Made by a program: the position numbers and the translations under genes. The notes beneath the pieces are model-generated. The model was not told the DNA's origin and did not search any database. It saw nothing but the letters and a program-made list of their open reading frames with translations. A stretch of 64,000 nucleotides of DNA, from the NCBI GenBank assembly GCA_012520975.1, contig JAAYNF010000033.1, positions 501 through 64,500 on the forward strand, in the 5' to 3' direction. Positions 44,999 to 52,152 of this stretch are shown here, piece by piece (within the stretch, counting starts at the first letter, position 1; each line of letters begins with the position of its first letter). This DNA is from Clostridiaceae bacterium (GTDB taxonomy: Bacteria > Bacillota > Clostridia > Saccharofermentanales > UBA5734).

Positions 44999-45218
44999 TG
45001 TAATCCTGCAATCTGCGGCGCAGATCCTCATCGTCATCGTGATGAATTGCTACCTCAATGGGTTGCGTCAAATCCAAGCTGAAGATTCCCATGATTGATT
45101 TGGCATCAACAACATAGCGTCCGGAGCCCAGATCGACGTCGTAGGGAAAATCATTGACGATCCTGACGAATTCTTTTACATCGTTGATGGTTTTAAGCTG
45201 GATAGTAAATTTTCTCAT
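44991..45218 (-). CDS. HPr-fold protein lacking the His15 phosphorylation motif (Crh-like)
   Basis: VDAKSIMGIFSL matches the HPr Ser46 region. INDVKEF occupies the position of GLHARPA. Confidence 0.65.
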   Translation of the reverse strand: MRKFTIQLKTINDVKEFVRIVNDFPYDVDLGSGRYVVDAKSIMGIFSLDLTQPIEVAIHHDDDEDLRRRLQDYII

Positions 45219-45330
45219 TACCTTTTCTCCTCATATGACCTTTCTCCGTATATTGAATTGTGCAGGAATTGCCGATAAAATGTCAACAGGTCGGGATATG
45301 AAGTCCGACCGGAAGATTCGAGGTCCAGCC

Positions 45331-46638
45331 ATGTCACGCATTCGCGCGGCCTTCCACACGTTGGGCTGCAAAACCAATCATTATGAAACAGATGCCTTGC
45401 GTCAGCAGTTTGCGTCTGCCGGGTTTACCATCGTTTCCTTTGATGAGCATGCCGAAGTTTATCTGATCAACACCTGTACCGTGACCGGTGAAGCCGGGCG
45501 AAAGTCCCGTCAGATGCTGCGTCGGGCGAGAAGGGTCAACCCCGGCGCCATCTTGGTCGCGCTGGGCTGTCACAGTGAGTTGGAAAAAGACCTTCCCGAT
45601 GTTGATGTGATCATCGGAACAGGAGGGAAGCAGGGCGCTCTGGCGCAGGTGTGCGACCTGCTCCTTGTGCGCGGCTGTTGTTTTCCCGGCCCGCACCCGG
45701 TCGACCGGGTCGCAGATGCCGACGTTGTTTATGAAGAATACGGATCGGTTTTTCAACAATCAGACACCCGAGCCTATGTTAAAGTTGAAGACGGCTGCAA
45801 CAATTTTTGCTCATATTGCGTCATTCCCTTGGCGAGGGGACGTGTGCGCAGCCGCGACGCAAAGGCCGCGCTCAACGAGGTCGAAGCCTTGGCCGCCGCC
45901 GGTTATCGGGAAATTGTCCTGACCGGGATTCACATTTGCTCATACGGCGCCGACCGGGGTGAACCCTGTTGGACGATCATGGAACTGGCCGGGCAGATGG
46001 CGGCTGTGGACGGTATCGAGCGGATCCGCTTGGGCTCGCTGGAGCCTCGGTCGATAACCGATGAATTTGTCGACTTGGCTAGGAAAAATCCTTGTCTTTT
46101 ACCACATTTTCATCTTTCGTTGCAAAGCGGGAGCGATACAATCCTTAAAAGAATGCACCGTCGTTATACGACCGAGGAATATCGCGACGTTGCGGAGAAA
46201 CTTCGCGCGGCTTTTCCCGACCCCGGATTGACAACCGATGTCATCGTTGGCTTTCCGGGTGAGACCGAAAAAGAACATCAGGAAAGTTTAGAGTTCTGCC
46301 GCGAAATCGGTTTTTCACGGTTGCATGTCTTTCGTTATTCCAAGCGTGAGGGCACGTTGGCGGCGACCTTTTCCGGACAGGTGGATAAAAAAACAATGCT
46401 TCTCCGAAGTCAGGAGATGATCGAGTTGTCCGATGCTCTGGCACTGGCATATCATCAGCGCCAAGTCGGCAAACAGCAAAAGGTTTTGCTGGAAAAACCC
46501 GGTCCGGACGGACTGTTTACAGGTTATTCTCCCGAATATGTACCGGTTCGAATGGCCAATAATTCGAATTTGCTTGCCGGGCAAATCGTCTCGGTTACCG
46601 GCGTCCGCGCGACAAACGACTTTTTGTTCTGTCAATGA
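45331..46638 (+). CDS. mtaB: MiaB/MtaB-family radical-SAM tRNA methylthiotransferase (MtaB-like)
   Basis: The UPF0004 N-domain (FHTLGCKTNHYE..INTCTVT), radical-SAM CNNFCSYC, and a C-terminal TRAM-like segment. ATG 45298 is the alternative start. Confidence 0.82.
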   Translation: MSRIRAAFHTLGCKTNHYETDALRQQFASAGFTIVSFDEHAEVYLINTCTVTGEAGRKSRQMLRRARRVNPGAILVALGCHSELEKDLPDVDVIIGTGGKQGALAQVCDLLLVRGCCFPGPHPVDRVADADVVYEEYGSVFQQSDTRAYVKVEDGCNNFCSYCVIPLARGRVRSRDAKAALNEVEALAAAGYREIVLTGIHICSYGADRGEPCWTIMELAGQMAAVDGIERIRLGSLEPRSITDEFVDLARKNPCLLPHFHLSLQSGSDTILKRMHRRYTTEEYRDVAEKLRAAFPDPGLTTDVIVGFPGETEKEHQESLEFCREIGFSRLHVFRYSKREGTLAATFSGQVDKKTMLLRSQEMIELSDALALAYHQRQVGKQQKVLLEKPGPDGLFTGYSPEYVPVRMANNSNLLAGQIVSVTGVRATNDFLFCQ

Positions 46639-46707
46639 TGCATTTGGCAACCATTCGTGATATGATGAAAACAAGTCGCCGGCAAAAAGTGGGAGGTGCT
46701 TGCTAGA

Positions 46708-46959
46708 ATGACAAATAATCACACGGCTCGATTTGAAATGGGGATCGACAATAGTCGCGAGGCCCGCGAAATCATGGACGAGGTGCTGGCGGCGCTGAAG
46801 GAAAAGGGCTATAACCCTGTTAACCAGTTGGTCGGTTATTTTCTGTCAGGTGACCCGACATACATCACCAACCACAAGGGTGCCCGAGCGGTTATTCGCC
46901 GTATGGAACGTGATGAACTGCTCGAAAATATTATTCGTGAATATATCAGCGATATTTGA
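46708..46959 (+). CDS. ireB: IreB-family regulatory phosphoprotein (UPF0297/YrzL)
   Basis: VLAALKEKGYNPVNQLVGYFLSGDPTYITNHKGAR is the family's hallmark core. Confidence 0.85.
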   Translation: MTNNHTARFEMGIDNSREAREIMDEVLAALKEKGYNPVNQLVGYFLSGDPTYITNHKGARAVIRRMERDELLENIIREYISDI

Positions 46960-46973
46960 ATCAGACCGTTGAC

Positions 46974-47978
46974 ATGGAGAAACGCCGATTGGGAGCAACC
47001 GGCCTTGAGGTCTCAAGGCTGTGTTTTGGTACGTTGACATTAAGTCCGGCACAGGCTGCCCTCACCGCCCAAGAGGGCGGTGAACTGCTGGCCTATGCGT
47101 TCGGCAAAGGTGTTAATTTCTGGGATACGGCTGAAATTTACGAAACCTATCCGCACATTCGGGCGGCTTTGCGCCTGTTGGCAAACAAACCTGTCATCAG
47201 CACCAAAACCTATGCCTGGAGCAGTGAATCAGCAAAGTCCAGCTTGGATCAGGCGCGACGTGCGTTGGATCTGGATGTGATCGATATTGTTCTGCTCCAC
47301 GAGCAGGAAAGTCTGCTGACCATGGACGGACACCGGGAGGCTTTTTCCTATTTGTTGGCACAAAAGGAAAAAGGCGTTGTTCGGGCGGTGGGACTGTCTA
47401 CACATGCCATTGAACCGGTGCTGGCGCTGGCGGCGGCGGCGGATCCTTCGGCAGATCCCGAAAGTGTCTGGGGGGATATTGACCCGGGGCCCTATCGGGA
47501 GGCCGACGTTGTCCATCCGTTGATCAATCGGCGAGGGATTGGTTTGCTGGACGGAACCGCGTCTCAGATGGCTTTGGCTTGTGATCGCGCCCATGTTGCC
47601 GGGCTGGGCATTTATGGCATGAAGATGCTGGGCGGGGGGCATCTTCTGTCGGAATTTGATGAAGCGGTTTCCTATGCGCTGGAGCTGCCCTTTGCCGATG
47701 CTTTTGCGGTCGGTATGCAATCTCGGGCGGAAATTGATATGAATGTGGCCTTGTTTAACGGTGGGGCGGTCGATCCGGCATGGCTTCAGGCCACCCGTTC
47801 GCGGCAAAGGAGATTGGTGATCGGCGATTGGTGTACCGGCTGCGGAGCCTGCGTAGAACGTTGCGGCAAGCGAGCCTTGCGGATTGAAGGAGGCAAGGTA
47901 GTGGCGGACAGCAGCCGGTGTATTTTTTGCGGCTACTGTGCAACGGTATGCCGAGATTTTGTTATTAAGGTGATATGA
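46974..47978 (+). CDS. Aldo/keto reductase fused to a C-terminal 2x[4Fe-4S] ferredoxin-like domain
   Basis: AKR N-terminus (RRLGATGLEVSRLCFGT, NFWDTAEIY). The C-terminus has CTGCGACVERC and CIFCGYCATVC. The start is uncertain (TTG 46956 or ATG 46974) and the RBS is weak. Confidence 0.75.
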   Translation: MEKRRLGATGLEVSRLCFGTLTLSPAQAALTAQEGGELLAYAFGKGVNFWDTAEIYETYPHIRAALRLLANKPVISTKTYAWSSESAKSSLDQARRALDLDVIDIVLLHEQESLLTMDGHREAFSYLLAQKEKGVVRAVGLSTHAIEPVLALAAAADPSADPESVWGDIDPGPYREADVVHPLINRRGIGLLDGTASQMALACDRAHVAGLGIYGMKMLGGGHLLSEFDEAVSYALELPFADAFAVGMQSRAEIDMNVALFNGGAVDPAWLQATRSRQRRLVIGDWCTGCGACVERCGKRALRIEGGKVVADSSRCIFCGYCATVCRDFVIKVI

Positions 47979-47981
47979 AAC

Positions 47982-48422
47982 ATGAAGAGTAATTTGTCCG
48001 GTAAGTGGATTGGCATCGATTATGGTGAGGCCCGGATCGGAGTTGCGGCCAGCGATCCGATGGGGATTTTGGCTTGCGGGCTGGAAACCGTTCGCTGGAA
48101 CGGTCGGGACATGGCCCCGGCTTTGACGCGGATTGCCGAGATTGTTCGCGAAAATCATGCGGTGGGAGTTGTCATCGGCCTGCCTAGGCGCACCGATGGC
48201 AAGGAAAGCCAATCCGAGAATGACGCGAGGCACTTTGCCGCCGAGCTGGCTCGAATAACCGGCCTCGAGCCGGTTTTGCTGGATGAACGTTATACCACGT
48301 TGCTGGCCACCCGCATCATGCGTGAAACCGGTGTGCGTCAATCCAAGCGCCGGGCGGTTGTCGATCAAATAGCCGCCGAGATAATCCTTCAAGAGTATCT
48401 AAATAGTCATCGCAAAGGCTGA
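47982..48422 (+). CDS. ruvX: Holliday-junction-resolvase-like nuclease RuvX/YqgF
   Basis: WIGIDYGEARIGVAASD, VIGLP, DERYTT. Confidence 0.9.
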   Translation: MKSNLSGKWIGIDYGEARIGVAASDPMGILACGLETVRWNGRDMAPALTRIAEIVRENHAVGVVIGLPRRTDGKESQSENDARHFAAELARITGLEPVLLDERYTTLLATRIMRETGVRQSKRRAVVDQIAAEIILQEYLNSHRKG

Positions 48423-48503
48423 CATTGATATGGTATAATGGGGAGAAATCCGATTAAGAAGGCGATTGGTTCACCGACCGATTTGTTTCAGGAGGAGCCT
48501 ACA

Positions 48504-48884
48504 ATGTTTGAAGAAGAAAAAAACATCTGTGATTGCGGCCATGAACATGATGGAGAAGAATTTGACAACTACGATTATGATTGCGACTGCGATGATGATT
48601 TCGGCGAATGCGTCATCACGATGACCGACACCGAAACCGGCGAGGACTACTCTTTCATTATCGCCGACGACTTTGCTTTTGGTGGTGAACACTATTGTGT
48701 TTTGGTGACCATCGATGAAGATGCCGAACCAGAAATGATTATCACGAAAGTGGTGACCATGGAGGATGGCAGCGAAGGCCTGATGAGTCTCGACGATTCG
48801 GAATATGACCGGATCTATGCTGAATACGAACGGATCTGCGAGGAAGAAACGGATGAAGACGAGGACAGTCAAGAAGAGATCTGA
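48504..48884 (+). CDS. DUF1292 (YrzB-like) acidic protein
   Basis: ITMTDTETGEDYSFIIADDFAFGGEHYCVL, with very acidic ends. RBS AGGAGGAG precedes ATG 48504. Confidence 0.7.
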   Translation: MFEEEKNICDCGHEHDGEEFDNYDYDCDCDDDFGECVITMTDTETGEDYSFIIADDFAFGGEHYCVLVTIDEDAEPEMIITKVVTMEDGSEGLMSLDDSEYDRIYAEYERICEEETDEDEDSQEEI

Positions 48885-49194
48885 GTCTGACAGTCAAATC
48901 CGTGATGACCGAGTCGAGCAAGAAGATGTCCTGGCTGTTTTGGTGGACATCGATAACGGGCACGAATACTATATGGCAATGATCGATTCCTTTCGGCTGA
49001 AGGGCCGGGAGTATGTTGTTATGTACAACTATGAGCCCGATGACGGCCAGCATGCAGAGCCGGAAATCATTATTCTTCGCTCGGTTCGCCACACCAATGG
49101 CGAGCAATATTTCATGTCGATCAAAGATCGTCGTGAATTGGATTCGGCGTTTGGGATTTTCTTCCGGCGATTTGAAGAGGCAGGCAGATTGTAA
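48853..49194 (+). CDS. Second DUF1292-like protein
   Basis: LAVLVDIDNGHEYYMAMIDSFRLKGREYVVM parallels the preceding gene's core. The ATG follows AGGAAG and overlaps the upstream gene by 32 nt. Confidence 0.6.
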   Translation: MKTRTVKKRSESDSQIRDDRVEQEDVLAVLVDIDNGHEYYMAMIDSFRLKGREYVVMYNYEPDDGQHAEPEIIILRSVRHTNGEQYFMSIKDRRELDSAFGIFFRRFEEAGRL

Positions 49195-49204
49195 GGGGTA
49201 TGCG

Positions 49205-50125
49205 ATGAATTTTGAGGGGTGTACCCTTTTTACGGTCGATGACGGAATCGAATACTCCCGGTTACAGCAGTTCAATAAGTCAGAGATTTCTGACAATTGC
49301 CTCAACAGCCGGGTGGCTTGGAACGCCGGATTTTACTACAAGAAAGTCACGTTGGCGGATTGCATGTGCCTGATCAGCAATGGGGGAATCTTCACAACGC
49401 CTCATGTAACTTGGCCTGTAGGACCGGTCGATCCGGAACGGTTAAAAGTAATCGTTGATGCAATTTGGCCGGTCTTTGCTCAAAGCAAATGGCCGTTTCG
49501 GCTGATGTATATTGACGAGTATTTTTTGCCGATTCTACGGGAGATGCCCGGCTATGAGGCGGTTGTTTCCCACAACCCGGATTATTCCGACTACTTTTAT
49601 GACGCGAAGAGTCTTCGGACGCTTTCCGGCAAGGCGATGCGCAGCAAGCGCAACCATATTAATCATTTTGTCCGTGAGAATCCGGATTATGAATATCGGA
49701 ACATCAGCCGGGATGATCGGAAAGAAGCCATGGAACTGGTCAAAAACTGGTGCATCGAAAAGGGTTTTGACTGCCGCAATCTATTGCAAAGCGACTATCG
49801 CGCCATTCGTGAATTGTTTGATCGGTTTGACCAATTGGACATCCGCGGAGGTTCGATCCGAACAGGAGGACGCCTTGTGGCTTTTTCACTGGGTTCACTG
49901 GTTGATGACGAGATGGCGGTCATCCATTTCGAAAAAGCCGACGCCTCCATCCCGGGCTTATATGCGGCAATCAACAAGATGGTGTTGGAATATGCCTTTC
50001 CTCAGGCTCGTTTCGTTAATCGGGAAGAGGACATGGGCATTCCCGGTCTGCGCAAATCAAAAGTTTCCTACAACCCCCTTCGCATGATTCACAAATACGA
50101 AGCTTTTTTACAAAAATGTGATTAA
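49205..50125 (+). CDS. DUF2156/LPG-synthase-C-like (GNAT-fold) protein
   Basis: About 306 aa with LSGKAMRSKRNHINHF and tandem acyltransferase-like halves. The family assignment is from memory only. Confidence 0.55.
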   Translation: MNFEGCTLFTVDDGIEYSRLQQFNKSEISDNCLNSRVAWNAGFYYKKVTLADCMCLISNGGIFTTPHVTWPVGPVDPERLKVIVDAIWPVFAQSKWPFRLMYIDEYFLPILREMPGYEAVVSHNPDYSDYFYDAKSLRTLSGKAMRSKRNHINHFVRENPDYEYRNISRDDRKEAMELVKNWCIEKGFDCRNLLQSDYRAIRELFDRFDQLDIRGGSIRTGGRLVAFSLGSLVDDEMAVIHFEKADASIPGLYAAINKMVLEYAFPQARFVNREEDMGIPGLRKSKVSYNPLRMIHKYEAFLQKCD

Positions 50126-50174
50126 CCGGAATACGAGGTGACCGATCATAACCAGATATCCATTCCATGATGTG

Positions 50175-51107
50175 ATGAAAATCAATGCCGACACGCACGA
50201 TCTCCAACAACCGCCCAGACGCTTCAGCTGGCGGACGGTTGTGGTGCCCCTTGCTTTCCTTGCCATTCATTTTGTTTTATCCAATATGGTTGCGTTCGCC
50301 TATATGGCGATTTTCGCCGTGATTCAGGCGGTCCGGAACAACATGGATGTGTCGGCTTTTTTTGATGATCCGGCGATGTTGAATCAACTGATGGAATCCC
50401 GTATTCTGGTTATCACAACGATATCCGGTGCCGTCATTATCCCCATCTGTCTGGTTTACTTACATCTGGCCAAGCGTCGTGACCGGAGGGCTTATCTGAC
50501 CGAAAAGATCAAACCGACACAGGTTCTGGCATCCGTGGCCGCCATAATCGGGTCGCTGGGGCTGATTAATCTCTGGATCGGATTGTTGACCGTTCTTCAG
50601 GAGCAAATGCCCCTGATTCGTGATTGGATGGATGAATATCTCGACAGCGTAAACGCGGTCTCGACCGAAGACAATTATTTCTGGCTGATTTTTGGCATTT
50701 GTCTGGTTACGCCGATTGTGGAGGAACTGATTTTCCGCGGCGTGATTCAGGGTGAACTGCGCAAAGCCATGCCGGAATGGGCGGCCATTATTATTCAGGC
50801 CGTTGTTTTTGCTGTTTATCATTTACAACCGATTCAATCCTCATATGTTCTGTTGCCCGGCCTGTTGCTGGGTTTTGCCTATGCTTCGTCACGCTCGATC
50901 TGGGTGCCGATCATCATGCACTGTGCCTTTAATTTTTTGGGCGGTGTGCTGCCCGCCTTGCTGGAAGACAACGAAGCGGCCTTGCATGGTCTGGCCATTG
51001 TCCAATTCGGCTTTATTCTGGTCGGTGCTATGGCCATTGCATATTTATTGATCAATCGCAGGAAGCCGGCAGCATGTCATCAAATCTTTCAAAACGAGGA
51101 GCTTTGA
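50175..51107 (+). CDS. CPBP-family (CAAX/Abi) intramembrane glutamic endopeptidase
   Basis: EELIFRG, FAVYH and HCAFNF motifs in a polytopic membrane protein. Confidence 0.85.
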   Translation: MKINADTHDLQQPPRRFSWRTVVVPLAFLAIHFVLSNMVAFAYMAIFAVIQAVRNNMDVSAFFDDPAMLNQLMESRILVITTISGAVIIPICLVYLHLAKRRDRRAYLTEKIKPTQVLASVAAIIGSLGLINLWIGLLTVLQEQMPLIRDWMDEYLDSVNAVSTEDNYFWLIFGICLVTPIVEELIFRGVIQGELRKAMPEWAAIIIQAVVFAVYHLQPIQSSYVLLPGLLLGFAYASSRSIWVPIIMHCAFNFLGGVLPALLEDNEAALHGLAIVQFGFILVGAMAIAYLLINRRKPAACHQIFQNEEL

Positions 51108-51110
51108 ACC

Positions 51111-52130
51111 ATGAATCCCACTGAGAAACACTTGGTTATACCGGTTGGTTATCAGACCAAAATGAACGTTCGTGAAACCGAAATCGCCATTAAGCTGGTC
51201 AAAGATCAGGTTGAAGCGCAAATTGCCGATACCCTTAATTTGACTCGTGTTTCGGCGCCGCTTTATGTCCGGCCCGAAACCGGACTAAATGACAATTTAA
51301 GCGGAGTCGAACGCCCGGTCAGTTTTGATATCCAATCCATCAACGCTGAGGTTGAGGTCGTGCAATCCTTGGCAAAGTGGAAAAGGATGGCCCTACTGCG
51401 CTACGGATTTCAGTTGGGCGAAGGTATTTATGCCGATATGAACGCCATCCGTCGGGATGAAGAGTTGGACAACATCCACTCGGTTTATGTTGATCAATGG
51501 GACTGGGAGTTAATTATCAGCCGCGAGCAACGGACAACGGAGATGCTGAAACAGACCGTTTTGGAGATTTACCGCTGTCTTTACCGGGTCGAAAATCATG
51601 TGTTGCGTCTATTTAGTTATCTTAGTCGAAAACTGCCGACCTCTTTGTTTTTTATAACCTCACAGGAATTGGAAGATCGGTATCCTCATCTTACGCCCAA
51701 ACAGCGTGAAGATGAGATCTGCAGGCAGGAAAAGGCCGTGTTTATCCTCCAGATCGGCGATCGGCTTAAGAGCGGCGGGGTTCATGATGGTCGGGCGCCT
51801 GATTATGATGACTGGTCGCTCAATGGTGATTTGTTGTTTTGGTATCCCACACTTGACCGGGCTTTGGAAATCTCATCGATGGGCATTCGAGTGGATGAAA
51901 AAAGTATGCGAGAGCAATTGATCAAGGCCGACTGTAGCGACCGTATGGATCTGGAATTCCATCGCATGGTTCTGGACGGATCGTTGCCCTATACAATCGG
52001 TGGCGGTATCGGTCAATCCCGGCTTTGCATGTTTTATCTGGACAAGGCGCATATAGGGGAGGTGCAGGCATCTGTCTGGCCGGACGAGGTGCACGAGATT
52101 TGCCGGCAAAACAACATTGTTCTGCTTTGA
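51111..52130 (+). CDS. asnA: Aspartate--ammonia ligase (asparagine synthetase A)
   Basis: Colinear with E. coli AsnA: LAKWKR, SVYVDQWDWE, RAPDYDDWS, SSMGIRVD, IGGGIGQSRL. Confidence 0.93.
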   Translation: MNPTEKHLVIPVGYQTKMNVRETEIAIKLVKDQVEAQIADTLNLTRVSAPLYVRPETGLNDNLSGVERPVSFDIQSINAEVEVVQSLAKWKRMALLRYGFQLGEGIYADMNAIRRDEELDNIHSVYVDQWDWELIISREQRTTEMLKQTVLEIYRCLYRVENHVLRLFSYLSRKLPTSLFFITSQELEDRYPHLTPKQREDEICRQEKAVFILQIGDRLKSGGVHDGRAPDYDDWSLNGDLLFWYPTLDRALEISSMGIRVDEKSMREQLIKADCSDRMDLEFHRMVLDGSLPYTIGGGIGQSRLCMFYLDKAHIGEVQASVWPDEVHEICRQNNIVLL

Positions 52131-52152
52131 TCTGTAATGGAGTTGAAGGGTG

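Noticed and set aside
47229-48392. A 387-aa ORF on the minus strand, the longest unexplained ORF in the track
   Set aside because: It lies entirely antisense to the AKR-ferredoxin and ruvX genes, both of which have clear family motifs. Its product is G/P/R/A/Q-rich with no motif, and there is no RBS. This is a typical shadow ORF in GC-rich coding DNA.
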